64,000 nucleotides of DNA, from positions 1,024,001-1,088,000 of the forward strand of contig OY968769.1 of assembly GCA_963695345.1 (NCBI GenBank), given 5' to 3'. Below the pieces are notes generated by a model. It saw nothing but the letters and a program-made list of their open reading frames with translations. It made no database searches and was not told where the DNA came from. Made by a program: the position numbers and the translations under genes. Of this stretch, positions 11,153 through 21,885 are shown one piece after another. The stretch is from an uncultured Methanomassiliicoccales archaeon. Lineage in GTDB: Archaea > Thermoplasmatota > Thermoplasmata > Methanomassiliicoccales > UBA472. Numbering within the stretch: position 1 is the stretch's first letter; each line of letters begins with the position of its first letter.

Positions 11153-12048
11153 TCCTTCACCCCCTTGACCATCTCGATGGCGTTCACCGGGCACACCTGA
11201 GCGCATACGCCGCATCCTTTGCAGTAACGGAAATCCCACTTCTCATAGTCGTCCTCAAGGCGGTGGATGCAGCCCTCGGGGCAGCTGAACCAGCAGCGCA
11301 GGCATCGGATGCACTTCTCCTTCAGGTAATGGGGCGAGCGGGTCCTCCAGGTGCCGGTCATGTTCTGCCAGGAGCTGCCCGGTCCGACGTTAATGTTCCC
11401 GTACGATTCTGATGGCAACGTGACTCCGATCGGTATGTCCTGCCAGTTCGGAAGCCACATCTCGCGGTGGACGATCTCCCGATTGCCTTGGCATATCCCT
11501 ACCTTGGTCCGGTCGAACGATGCTTGGGCAGCCGCGGAGTTGATCTCCGCCGCCTGGGGGCCAAGCCTTTCCCCAAACCGGTCCACTATCGCCGCCCTGA
11601 TCGAAGCCAGCGAGACCATGTCCTGGACCTTCGCCATCGATCCCAGGATGGACGTGTTAACGATGGGGGCCTTGATGTGTTCCAGGGCGACGGAGGTGGC
11701 ATCGACGACGGCGCAACGCACGGAAACGCCTAGGTCCACTTCCGAGGGCTCCTTCCTGGTGTTGACGACCGCGGAACCGTCCGATTTCAATCCTTCCCCC
11801 ACCGGGTCGATGTCCACCAAAGACTCGTCCAGAACGACGATCATATCTGGCCGGTAGATCTGGGACTTGATCCTGATCTTTTGGTCGTCGATGCGGGCGA
11901 ACGCCCTCACTGGGGCACCGCGTCTTTCAGCGCCAAAAAAGGGAAACGCCTGGGCCTCCAGACCCTCGATGACCGCCGCCTCGGCAAAGGCCTGAGCTGC
12001 CATGACCGCGCCCTGACCCCCCCGACCATGAAAACGAACCTCGAACAT
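11146..12048 (-). CDS. porC: 2-oxoacid:ferredoxin oxidoreductase gamma-delta fusion
   Basis: FHGRGGQG and GAERRGAP gamma domain fused to TGTWR and two CxxCxxCxxxCP motifs. Confidence 0.88.
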   Translation of the reverse strand: MFEVRFHGRGGQGAVMAAQAFAEAAVIEGLEAQAFPFFGAERRGAPVRAFARIDDQKIRIKSQIYRPDMIVVLDESLVDIDPVGEGLKSDGSAVVNTRKEPSEVDLGVSVRCAVVDATSVALEHIKAPIVNTSILGSMAKVQDMVSLASIRAAIVDRFGERLGPQAAEINSAAAQASFDRTKVGICQGNREIVHREMWLPNWQDIPIGVTLPSESYGNINVGPGSSWQNMTGTWRTRSPHYLKEKCIRCLRCWFSCPEGCIHRLEDDYEKWDFRYCKGCGVCAQVCPVNAIEMVKGVKEW

Positions 12049-12229
12049 GTCACAACTCTGGATTACAATTGGACATGTAAGTATATAATCCTGCACTGGC
12101 CAGTTCGATAGTACTAAATATAGATTAAATAAGGAGGTCGTCACCGTCCGGTTTAAGGGATGGACCGAAAGGCATGACCGTCATAAAATTAAGAATGGGT
12201 TTGACCCCCTTCAGGGCAGTGATGAAGGG

Positions 12230-13156
12230 TCACTGGACGTAGTCCAGCCAGGACTCGTACATCGGGTCCTTGCCATTCACCGCGGCGCTGAAGGTCTGCT
12301 GCAGCTGCTTGGTTATCGGTCCAGACTTGCCCGATCCGATCGATATGTCGTCGATGTAGCTGATCGGGGTGATCTCGGCGGCCGTCCCGGTCATGAAGAC
12401 CTCATCGGCCAGATAGAGCTCGGAGCGGGTCATCGACTTCTCGACGATATCGTAACCAAGGTTCTTGGCGATGGTCGAGACAGAGTCGCGGGTTATTCCC
12501 TCCAGTATCCCGGCGGATATGGGCGGGGTGTAGAGCACTCCCTTCTTGACCATGAAGATGTTCTCCCCGGTCCCCTCGGCCACTTCGCCGTCGGCGTTGA
12601 GCATCAGCGCCTCGTCGAAGCCGCGGTGCACCGCTTCCAGCTTCGCGACCACCGAGTTGATGTAGTTTCCGCATATCTTTGCGTTAAGCATGGCGGAACG
12701 GTTCCCCGGCTTCTCCCAGGTCGAGGTGATGATCTTGGCACCGGACTCCAGCTGTTCCTGGCCCATGTAAGCGCCCATATGCGTCGCGACGATGGAGACC
12801 CGGGTCGGCATCTTGGTCGGGTTCAGTCCGATCTTGCCCTCCGGGTTCGCCCCGTAGTAGGCCAACGGCCTGAGGTAATCGTCCTCCGGCCGGCTGGCCC
12901 GAACGACCGCCTTGGACGCCTCGCATAGCTCCTCCATCGTGAACGGGATGTTCAGCCAGATGACCTTGGCGGAATTGTAGAACCGGACCATGTGCTCCTG
13001 CAGACGGAAGATCGCCTTGCCCTTGGGAGTGTTGTATATACGGATCCCCTCGAACACACCGCCTCCATAGTGCAATCCATGGGTCAAGATGTGCACGTTC
13101 GCCTCATCCCAGTTCACCAGCTTTCCATCCATCCATATCTTTGATTTGTTTGTCAT
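12230..13156 (-). CDS. ilvE: Branched-chain amino acid aminotransferase
   Basis: LHYGGGVFEGIR, AKICGNY, EGTGENIF, LEGITR, GTAAE. Confidence 0.96.
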   Translation of the reverse strand: MTNKSKIWMDGKLVNWDEANVHILTHGLHYGGGVFEGIRIYNTPKGKAIFRLQEHMVRFYNSAKVIWLNIPFTMEELCEASKAVVRASRPEDDYLRPLAYYGANPEGKIGLNPTKMPTRVSIVATHMGAYMGQEQLESGAKIITSTWEKPGNRSAMLNAKICGNYINSVVAKLEAVHRGFDEALMLNADGEVAEGTGENIFMVKKGVLYTPPISAGILEGITRDSVSTIAKNLGYDIVEKSMTRSELYLADEVFMTGTAAEITPISYIDDISIGSGKSGPITKQLQQTFSAAVNGKDPMYESWLDYVQ

Positions 13157-13205
13157 TTTGAACCCTGCCTTTGAGATATTAATGATATGTTTGTCGGCCG
13201 CCGTA

Positions 13206-13578
13206 TCAGATCGCGTTGACCGCTTTTATGAATTTGTTAGGTTTCGCATTGTCGATCATGCGCATCGACCTCTTCGATGCTTCCGATGAGCCTTACCTTA
13301 CCGGAGGAGTTGCTCGCCAACGCGTATGATTCCTGCCTGGTCTCGTCGACCAGTTCGCACTGTATGATGTCGTGAAGTCGGGACAGCGCCTCCACCGACC
13401 TTTCCGCATGGACCTTGTCCACGATGGTCAGGACCACTCGCGCCTTTCCCGGGATCTCGCACTTGCCTACCACGATCGTTTCGACGTTGATCTTCCTCCG
13501 GGTGAACTCCTGGAGTATTCGCTGCATCACGCCGAACTCGTCGTTGACGACCATTGAGATTACCTGCATATTACTCAC
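13206..13578 (-). CDS. ACT-domain protein, IlvN/IlvH-like (frameshift near 13260)
   Basis: ISMVVNDEFGVMQRILQEFTRRKINVETIVVG matches the AHAS small-subunit ACT pattern; removing one base extends it to ...KAVNAI*. Confidence 0.75.
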
Positions 13579-13832
13579 TCTTCCCTTTCTTCTTTGAACT
13601 GGATGATGTCGATGAGACTTCGTAGTTGCGAACCGAATGGTTCTTCTTTATCGGGATGATAGTAACCATCATCGCTGGCTCCGTTGTCATTCCCCTTGGG
13701 GTACTTCGGGGTCGACAGCCAGGACATCGAGAACTGCCCGTCGTCATCGTTCATTACGTGCTTCGGTTTCTTCCTCTCGCCTCCCGCGACCATGCCGGAG
13801 ACTAAGAACTTGAGCATGATTTTTGATACCAT
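13575..13832 (-). CDS. Hypothetical protein (85 aa)
   Basis: AGAAGGA SD upstream; stop overlaps the ACT gene start (GTGA). Confidence 0.5.
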   Translation of the reverse strand: MVSKIMLKFLVSGMVAGGERKKPKHVMNDDDGQFSMSWLSTPKYPKGNDNGASDDGYYHPDKEEPFGSQLRSLIDIIQFKEEREE

Positions 13833-13887
13833 AGGCTATTCCTTCTAAGCGATGGTTAGGGACAGACCCTCGGGGGAGCCTCCCTTT

Positions 13888-13953
13888 TCAGATACCCAAT
13901 ACCAGCTGCTCGACCACTACGATAAGTACTGGAGTCTGAGCAACGCTGAGCAT
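13888..13953 (-). CDS. Putative BCAA-rich leader peptide MLSVAQTPVLIVVVEQLVLGI (attenuator uORF)
   Basis: Manually translated; 12 of 21 residues L/I/V; TATAAATA begins 31 nt upstream of the ATG; GC hairpin after the stop; lies upstream of ACT gene and ilvE. Confidence 0.7.
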   Translation of the reverse strand: MLSVAQTPVLIVVVEQLVLGI

Positions 13954-13979
13954 CGTCGATTGAATTGTAAGGAATATAT

Positions 13980-14780
13980 TTATAGGTTCTCATCGGGAGG
14001 CTCACACAGCGGTACTGGTTCCCTATACTCCCCCTCTTTGATGATTCTCTTCAGGAATGAACGTGTCCTTTCGTTCGTCGGGTTCGTGAATATGGTCTCC
14101 GGAGTGCCCTCTTCTGCGATTACCCCCTGGTCCATGAAGATGACCCGGTCGGCCACTTCCCGGGCGAATCCCATCTCGTGCGTCACGACCACCATGGTCA
14201 TTCCGGTGTTCAGGGCCAGGTCCTTCATGACGTCCAGCACCTCACCGATCAGTTCGGGGTCCAGGGCCGACGTCGGCTCGTCGAACAGTATGACCTTGGG
14301 GTTCATGGCGATGCACCGGGCGATGGCGACACGCTGCTGCTGCCCGCCGGACAGTTGGCCAGGATATGCGTCCGCCTTCTCTTCCAGACCGACCTTCTTC
14401 AAGGCCTCGATCGCCAGCCGGTCCGCCTCCTCCTTTTCAATGCTCTTGACCTTAAGGAGAGCCAGGGAAACGTTCTTCCTCACCGTGAGGTGCATGAAGA
14501 GGTTGAAGCTCTGGAACACCATGTTCATCTGCGTCCTGACCGCGTTGATGTCGATGTCCTCTAGCCGTCATGTCGTACGCCTTCGAACAGGACCTTTCCG
14601 CTGGTCGGTTCATTCAGCAGGTTCATGCAGCGGAGCAAGGTGCTCTTGCCGCTTCCGCTTGGTCCGATGATCACGACGCACCTCGTTGGGCATTATGCTT
14701 CAGGGATATCCCTTGGAGGACCTCGTGGTCCCCGAAGGACTTTTTCGAAGGTCCATGGTCTCGATGATCGGGTTCGCCAT
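13980..14780 (-). CDS. Polar amino acid ABC transporter ATP-binding protein, GlnQ-like (several frameshifts in 14530-14750)
   Basis: [41 protein letters not shown]; GPSGSGKS visible at about 14645-14670. Confidence 0.88.
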
Positions 14781-15465
14781 TCACTCACTCCCCATCATTC
14801 CTGGGATCGCGAACCTTCTTTCCACATACCTCATGATCCTGCGATGTGGAGAATGTTACGATGAAGTAAAGTATCGCTATGAAGATGTAAACGACGAACG
14901 GCTGGAACGTATGTGCGGATAACTTCCCTGCCTGCGAAGGTCAGCTCCATCACCCCGATCGCGAAGACCAGCGAGGAGTCCTTGATCATGGTGATGAACT
15001 CGTTGGTGTAGGAGGGCAATGAATTACGAAGAGCCTGGGGGATGATCACCTGGAACATGGACTGGTTGTACGTCAGACCCAACGACCGGGCGGCTTCCAT
15101 CTGGCCCTTGGGAATGGATTGGACCCCGCCCCTGAATATCTCCGCCTGATAGGCCGCGGTGTTCATCGCCAAAACGGCCAGTACCGGCGACGATGCGGGT
15201 CCAGGAATATCCCGAAAGAAGCGATGCCGAAATAGACCAGGAATATCTGGACGAGAAGAGGGGTTCCCCGGAACGCCTCGACATATACCGTCGAAATTCC
15301 ATAGATCAGCTTGTTCTTGGATATCCGTGCCAATCCGATCAGGATGCCACCGCCGAATCCGATGGAAATGGATACGGCGGAAATGATGAGGGTCATCACC
15401 AGTCCCGACATCAGATAGTTGAAATATGTAGGGATGACGGACCAGTCAAGAAATATATCTGCCAT
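14781..15465 (-). CDS. Polar amino acid ABC transporter permease (frameshifted)
   Basis: YVEAFRGTPLLVQ, AYQAEIFRGG, GQMEAARSLG, IKDSSL. Confidence 0.88.
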
Positions 15466-15544
15466 GATGACGACCTCGGGTGCTCTTTTTCAATATGTCG
15501 TAGATGAATATAAAGGAAAAGGGTTTGGTGCGGCCTATCCTTGC

Positions 15545-16405
15545 TTAGGCCGCGTTGTACTTGTGCAGCAATGCCTGCAGAGAGCCGTCCGCCTTCATGT
15601 CGTTTATTACCTTGTTGATGGCGTTGCGGAAGTTGTCCTGGCCTTTCTGGATGCATATGCCGTAGTTCTCATTCGTCTCGACGACGAACGCTACCTTCAT
15701 GCCGTTACTGGCCGTGTTGGCATAGCCATAGGCCACCGGCGTATCGACGATGAACGCGGTCTTCTGTCCGTTCTGGACCGAGGTCGCCGCCGCTCCGACG
15801 TCTGTCGTGTCGGTCACGGTTGCGCCCCTACCAGAATCCACCAGGTTGGTCTTTGCCCACGAGGAACCGGTCGTTCCCAGCTGGGCAATGACGGCGCTGC
15901 CGTTCAACCCGTCGATGTTGGTGATCGTGCTGTCATCCTTGACCAACACTCCCTGGTTGGCCATGAAGTAGGGTACGGTGAAGTTCACGGTCTTTTCGCG
16001 CTCGGTGGTGATCGTTATCGATGAGATAGCCATGTCGATCTTGCCGGTCTGGACCGATGCGAACAGAGGATCGAAGTCAGACTTCTGGATCACAAGGGTG
16101 ACATTCAATGCGTCCGCCACCTTCTGGGCGATCTCCATGTCTATTCCCTCGAATTTCCCAGTGGTCAGGTTCTGATACTCAAATGGTTCGTACGGGACCT
16201 GGGTACCGACGATCAATTGACCGCGGGCCTGTACCTTTTTCAGAACGTCTGTCTCGCCAGGGTTCAGGAATCCTCCCAAAACAACGACTGCGATCAAAGC
16301 TACGACGACCACGACAACGATGCCGATCATCATCATCGGTTTCTTATTCTTCGCCTTCTTCAAGGAAGGCGCGGCTGACGGATTAGTATCCGTGGATTCT
16401 GACAT
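15545..16405 (-). CDS. Polar amino acid ABC transporter substrate-binding protein
   Basis: N-terminal anchor; YEPFEY, GIDMEIA, ITITTEREKTVNFTVPY. Confidence 0.92.
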   Translation of the reverse strand: MSESTDTNPSAAPSLKKAKNKKPMMMIGIVVVVVVALIAVVVLGGFLNPGETDVLKKVQARGQLIVGTQVPYEPFEYQNLTTGKFEGIDMEIAQKVADALNVTLVIQKSDFDPLFASVQTGKIDMAISSITITTEREKTVNFTVPYFMANQGVLVKDDSTITNIDGLNGSAVIAQLGTTGSSWAKTNLVDSGRGATVTDTTDVGAAATSVQNGQKTAFIVDTPVAYGYANTASNGMKVAFVVETNENYGICIQKGQDNFRNAINKVINDMKADGSLQALLHKYNAA

Positions 16406-16624
16406 ATCTTGCCGATTGTGATTATCAAATTTAAAAGTACGTCCGACACGAACTGATGGTCAATGTCAAATATCAGACACTTTTTTGCATTATTCGCTTT
16501 TTTGATAATGTTATTCATTGAATGATTAGCCGAGATACTACATTTTCCGTAATATTCGGGAAAACGAGTTGAGAACACATCGAAGGGCAAGTGGAAATAC
16601 ACCGAACGGAATACCGTGCAGGCT

Positions 16625-17650
16625 ATGAACGATAAGGTGCTCATAAGGAGCAAGGCGCCGTTGAGGATGAGCTTCGCCGGGGGCGGGACCGACGTCTCAC
16701 CGTACAGCGAGGAAAGAGGGGGAATAGTCCTCAGCACGACCATCGACAAGTACGCCTACTGCACCATATCGCCCCGCAACGACAGCGAGATCACCATCCA
16801 GTCGCTCGATTTCGGCAAGACCGAGACCTGGCAGGCGAACGGCAACCTGATGCGCTACGACGGCAACCTGGACATCATCAAGGCGGTGCTGAAGCACTTC
16901 GATGTGAAGCAGGGTTTCGACATGTTCCTGCATTGCGAGGCTCCGCCAGGGTCCGGCCTGGGCGGTTCGTCCACGGTCATCGTGTCCATCATCGGGGCGA
17001 CGGCGGAATGGCTGGGCATACCGCTGTCCCAGTACGAGATCGCCCGGCTGGCCTACGTGCTCGAACGCGAGGAGCTCGGGTTCCAGGGCGGGCGCCAGGA
17101 CCAGTACGCGGCGGTCTTCGGCGGGTTCAACTACATGGAGTTCAAGGGGAACGACGTCATCGTGACCCCGCTGCGCATAAAGAACGACATCCTGAACGAG
17201 CTGCACTACAACCTCCTGCTCTGCTACACCGGCAAGACCCGGGACTCAGGGAACATCATCCAGGAACAGAGGAAGGGTTATTCCCAGGGCAAGGAGCAGG
17301 TCATCTCCGCCCTGGACAACGCGAAGCGGCTGGCCACGGAGACCAAGGACGCCCTGATGAAAGGCGAGATAAGGCATATCGGTGAGCTGCTGAACGAATC
17401 CTGGCAGTTCAAGAAGCGATTCACGGAATCCATATCCAACGAGTACATTGACAAGATATACAGCACCGCCATGGCAAACGGGGCCATCGGGGGGAAGATC
17501 TCCGGGGCGGGAGGCGGCGGTTTCATGTTCTTCATATGTGAGTACGACAAGAAGCACCTGGTGGCGAACGAACTTCAGAAGCTGGGCGTGGAGATCGCTC
17601 CCTTCAACTTCGACAAGTACGGGCTGCAGACCTGGAGGTACCGGTCATGA
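16625..17650 (+). CDS. hddA: GHMP sugar kinase, D-glycero-alpha-D-manno-heptose-7-phosphate kinase-like
   Basis: APLRMSFAGGGTD, PPGSGLGGSS, GRQDQY, GGKISGAGGGG; adjacent to gmhA. Confidence 0.8.
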   Translation: MNDKVLIRSKAPLRMSFAGGGTDVSPYSEERGGIVLSTTIDKYAYCTISPRNDSEITIQSLDFGKTETWQANGNLMRYDGNLDIIKAVLKHFDVKQGFDMFLHCEAPPGSGLGGSSTVIVSIIGATAEWLGIPLSQYEIARLAYVLEREELGFQGGRQDQYAAVFGGFNYMEFKGNDVIVTPLRIKNDILNELHYNLLLCYTGKTRDSGNIIQEQRKGYSQGKEQVISALDNAKRLATETKDALMKGEIRHIGELLNESWQFKKRFTESISNEYIDKIYSTAMANGAIGGKISGAGGGGFMFFICEYDKKHLVANELQKLGVEIAPFNFDKYGLQTWRYRS

Positions 17651-18687
17651 GCGGACTGGTGGGAAAGGAGCTGGAGGAGAGCTCAAGAACGCTGGCATCC
17701 ATCGATCCGGACCAGATCTGGGACATCGCCAACGCCCTGGTGAAGGTGTTCCGCAATGGCGGCAAGCTGATCGTCTTCGGGAACGGGGGAAGCGCGGCGG
17801 ACGCGCAGCACCTGGCGGCGGAGTTCTCCGGACGGTATCTGATGGAGCGGGCGCCGATGAACGCCATCGCGCTCACCAACCTTTCCAGCATCACCGCCAT
17901 CGGCAACGATTACAGCTACGACCTGATCTTCGAGAGGCAGGTCGAGGCCTATGCCACCCCGAAGGACGCGGTCATCGGGATCAGCACCAGCGGCAACTCC
18001 AAGAACGTGCTGCTGGCGATCGCCAAGGCCAAGCAGCTGGGGGCGGTCACCATCGGCTTCACCGGGACCAAGGGCAGGCTGAAGGACGAGGTCGACCTGG
18101 CCTTGACCATACCGTCGGAGAAGACCCCCCGGATACAGGAAGGGTACTTCGCGGCCGGACACATCATCTGCGGGACTGGTGGAGAAGGGCGTGTTCGCCC
18201 GGAAGGCGGTCTTCGTCGACCGGGACGACACGGTGGCCAAGGACGTTCCGTATTGCAGCAGGCCGGAGGACCTGAAGCTGTTCCCAGGAGTCGGAAGATC
18301 GATCAAGAGCCTCAACGACGCCGGCTACCTGGTCATCCTGGTCACCAACCAATCCGGGGTCGCGCGCGGCTATTTCACCCTGGAGACCCTGGGCAAGATC
18401 CATGAGAAGCTCAGGTCGGACATCGCCAAGGACGACGGCCAAGATCGACGCCATCTACTTCTGCCCGCACCATCCGGATGAGGGATGCCCGTGCCGCAAG
18501 CCCAGGATCGGATTGATCCAGCAGGCGACACAGGACTTCGACATCGATATCGCCGGATCGTTCGTCATCGGTGACAGCGAGCACGACGTGGAGATGGGCA
18601 GAACGGGTCGGATGCCGGACGTTCCGGGTCAGGGACGGACAGGACTTCAATCTGGCAGTGGAAAAGATCCTTAAGGGCGTTGATTGA
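17647..18687 (+). CDS. gmhA: Fused phosphoheptose isomerase (GmhA) and heptose-bisphosphate phosphatase (GmhB), with frameshifts near 18175, 18438 and 18605
   Basis: GNGGSAADAQH, STSGNS, RIQE, then AVFVDRDDT, VTNQSG, CPHHP..CRKP, IGDS. Confidence 0.8.
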
Positions 18688-18695
18688 GAACCGGC

Positions 18696-19598
18696 TCAGG
18701 AGTTGACGTTCTTGGTCGATTCCACCATGCTCCACATGACCTTGTCGCCCTTGTCCAGCTTGACGTAGATGCTGGCATAGGCCCGGGCCAGCATTTCCAA
18801 TATCATAGCGGTCGACATCCTGATGAAATGCTTCGAATTGTCCTTCAGGAAGCCCAGGTACGCCTGGAAGAGGAACCGGCTGTCCCAGGTCGGGATGTCG
18901 AAATCGAAGAGCCTTTTCATGTAGCGTTCCCCGATGTTGACCCGGGTGCGCTGCTTCCAATAGTCCCGCACGGTCTCCGGGCCCTTGTTGACGACGATCG
19001 CCTTCGGTTCGTACTCGGTGCGATACCCGCGCTTCTCCAGGTCCATCCGGACCAGGTCCTCGTCCGATTGCATGCCGGTCGGGATCTGGATGCGCAGGTT
19101 GCGGAAGGCGATGGCCTCACCGACCTTGGGATAGATCAGTGAGAGCCGGTGGTGCATGTCCCACAGCATGTGGACCGCAAAGCCGGCTATCGTGTCCCGG
19201 CGGTTGACGGGCATCGGCCTGCCGCCGACCACCCCTACCTTGGGATCTGTGAAATGTGAGATCAGGTGATCGAGCGCCCCCTCTGCCAGGTTGTTGTCGG
19301 CGTTGACCAGGACCAGGACCTCCCCTTCGGCCTCGGCCATGAAAGCGTTGACCGCCGAGTTCTTGCCCTCGCGCTTTTCCTGCCTCAGGAGACGGACCCG
19401 CCTGTCCTTAGAAGCATATTCCGAAACAATGCCGTCGGTCCCGTCGGTGCTTCCGCTGGAGACCACGATTATTTCATCGAGAGAGCCACATTGCAAGGTC
19501 TGGGCCAAGATGGAATCCAGGGTGTGGCGTATGTTCCTCTCTTCGTTATAGGCGCATACCCCTATGGATACGGACGGCATCCTGCCATGATAGTCCAA
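18696..19598 (-). CDS. Glycosyltransferase family 2
   Basis: VSIGVCAYNEE, SSGSTDGT, GKNSAVN, NAD. Confidence 0.88.
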   Translation of the reverse strand: MDYHGRMPSVSIGVCAYNEERNIRHTLDSILAQTLQCGSLDEIIVVSSGSTDGTDGIVSEYASKDRRVRLLRQEKREGKNSAVNAFMAEAEGEVLVLVNADNNLAEGALDHLISHFTDPKVGVVGGRPMPVNRRDTIAGFAVHMLWDMHHRLSLIYPKVGEAIAFRNLRIQIPTGMQSDEDLVRMDLEKRGYRTEYEPKAIVVNKGPETVRDYWKQRTRVNIGERYMKRLFDFDIPTWDSRFLFQAYLGFLKDNSKHFIRMSTAMILEMLARAYASIYVKLDKGDKVMWSMVESTKNVNS

Positions 19599-19767
19599 GT
19601 CAATATTTTAATCTGTTTGGAATCAGTCGATTGTTTGGAGGTCATATATCCCATGGAGTCTGGATGTAGAAAATACAAGATGGGAAACGCGGAAGCCAAT
19701 GGTTTCTGCGCTTATTTGTGATACGATAATTATTAAATACGCAGCACATTTTCACATTAGGGACAGA

Positions 19768-20876
19768 ATGAGCGACTGGATGGAGGATTCGTTTTCAATA
19801 GTGTTGCCCACCCTCAATGAGAGTGAGAACATTCTCCCGATGATGGAGACACTGGATAAGCTCTATCCGAACGCCGGCATCATAGTCGTCGACGACCATT
19901 CCAAGGATGGCACGGCGGACATCGCGCTCGAGTATGGCAAGCGAAGGGCGAACGTGCAGGTGGTGCAGAGGGACCCGGCGGACCGGGGTTTGACCGCCTC
20001 GATCATGGATGGGATCATGCATGCCGGCACGAAATATTTCGTCGTTCTTGACTGCGGACTTCCAGCATCCCCCGGAGTCGATCGCCGGACTCGATCAGGG
20101 AGCTGATCAACGGCAATGATTTGGCGATAGGGGTACGGGAGGACAAGATGGAACTGTCTTTCTCCAGGAAATGGGCGTCCATCGGCGCCCATGTCATGGC
20201 CAATTCTTATCTTCATGCCAAGAGGCAGCCCACCTCCAGGGATACCATGTCCGGCTTCTTCGCCGGCCGTTCCGAACTGTGTCAACGGGTGATCGAATCC
20301 AAGGGGAACAAGTTCGAAAGGGCTGGTTTCAAAGGATTGTTCGACCTGCTCAAGTTCATGCCCCGCGACATCAAGATCGCGGAGGTCGAGTTCAAGTTCA
20401 ATTCCCGGAGGGCTGGAGAGTCCAAGCTCAGTTCCCGTATCATCCTGTCCATCATGCGCCAGTGCGGCATAGGCGGGAAGATACTGGCCTACACCTCGAT
20501 GTTCTTCCTCACGAACATGATCGGGCGTTTCATAGCGGCCTCGATGCTGGGCCTGATGTTCACCTTCTGGTTCCTGGGCTGGGTCGTTGGGGGAATGACC
20601 TGGAACTCGACCTTGATCGTGTCGACCATCGCTTCACTGATCTTCGCGGTCGCCTACATCGTGTTCGCGAACAAGGTCATGTTCACCCATGGCAGCCGGA
20701 AAGGTCTGCTGCTCGGCTCGAAGCTGGTGGCCACCGGTTTCAGCGGCTATCTGATCAGCCTCTATATTTTCTATATCGCCTTCAACACCGTAACCGAGAT
20801 CCAGATGGTCTCGATATTCTTCGGTTTCGGTATCGGCTATGCTTTCGACGCGGTCGCCGGGAGCATCCGGGCGTAA
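19768..20876 (+). CDS. Dolichol-phosphate mannosyltransferase-like GT2 with C-terminal TM region (frameshifts at about 20055-20095)
   Basis: IVLPTLNE, VVDDHSKDGT, disrupted DADFQHPP, RRAGESKL. Confidence 0.82.
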
Positions 20877-20878
20877 TA

Positions 20879-21823
20879 TCAGCTCTTGGCTTCGTTCTTC
20901 ACTACCAGCTTGAGGGCGTCCAGGTAGCCCCTCAGGTAGGAACGGAAAGCACCCTTCGACCTCTGGGCCGATATCATAAGGAAATAATACGGTACCAGGA
21001 TGAAGGTCTGCCCCATGGCGCAGGATATCCTAGTGACGCCCCGTTTCCTCTTCTTGACCAGCAGCAGCATGTTCCTGCCGTAGTAGTACGATCGGAACGG
21101 GGTCATGATATTGGAGCCGCCGATGCCAGTAGACAGCGACACCTTGTGATACACGATGGTGGTCGGGACGTACCAGGAGCCGAACCCCCTATCCTTGGCC
21201 CGGATGCAGAAGTCGATGTCCTCGCCATAGATGTTGTACTGCTCGTCGAACAGTCCGATCTCCCGGAACAGATCGGCCCGGACCAAAATGGAGCATCCAG
21301 TGATGTAGTCCTGTTCGCTCTCCACCCCTTGGCCATCGTTGATCATGTCCATGTCGGTGTGCTTCGAGTAGCCCAGCCAGTTATTGAAGGTCCCGCCGGA
21401 GAACCAGATCCGGTTCGAGTTGTAATAGAGGATCTTGGGAGACACCAGTCCGGCCTCGGGATGCCGGTCCAGCGCCTCCTTGAGCTGTTCGATGAACCTA
21501 CCCTTGCCAATGGCGTCATTGTTGATGACAAGGACGTGGGTGGCGCCGGCATCCAGTGCCATGCGTATGCCCTTGTTCACACCCTTGACATAGCCCTCGT
21601 TGGTCGGGTTGGTGATGAGAATGGCCCCGGGAAGGGCCTGACGCATCTTCTGCACCGCAGCGTCCCCCGAACCATTGTCGACCACCACCAGGCCGATGTC
21701 GTCGTATCCGCCGCAGAGGATTGACCTGGCGCACTCGATCGTATCGTCCGGTCGGTTCCAATTGACGGTGACGGCGTACAGTTTGACCCCTTGGGCCATG
21801 CGGGGGTGATGGTCAGTTGACAT
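20879..21823 (-). CDS. Glycosyltransferase family 2
   Basis: VTVNWN, VVDNGS, NND, GLFDE..EDIDFCIR. Confidence 0.88.
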   Translation of the reverse strand: MSTDHHPRMAQGVKLYAVTVNWNRPDDTIECARSILCGGYDDIGLVVVDNGSGDAAVQKMRQALPGAILITNPTNEGYVKGVNKGIRMALDAGATHVLVINNDAIGKGRFIEQLKEALDRHPEAGLVSPKILYYNSNRIWFSGGTFNNWLGYSKHTDMDMINDGQGVESEQDYITGCSILVRADLFREIGLFDEQYNIYGEDIDFCIRAKDRGFGSWYVPTTIVYHKVSLSTGIGGSNIMTPFRSYYYGRNMLLLVKKRKRGVTRISCAMGQTFILVPYYFLMISAQRSKGAFRSYLRGYLDALKLVVKNEAKS

Positions 21824-21885
21824 TATAATTTGATTGACCAAAGAGGAGCAGATATAAAAAGGTCGAGCTCGATTTGCTCCATTCG

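Noticed and set aside
20171-21724. Long overlapping ORFs such as 20171..21724, 26169..27566, 30427..31719 and 62927..63826
   Set aside because: Shadow ORFs of GC-rich genes on other frames or strands, with no recognisable motifs.
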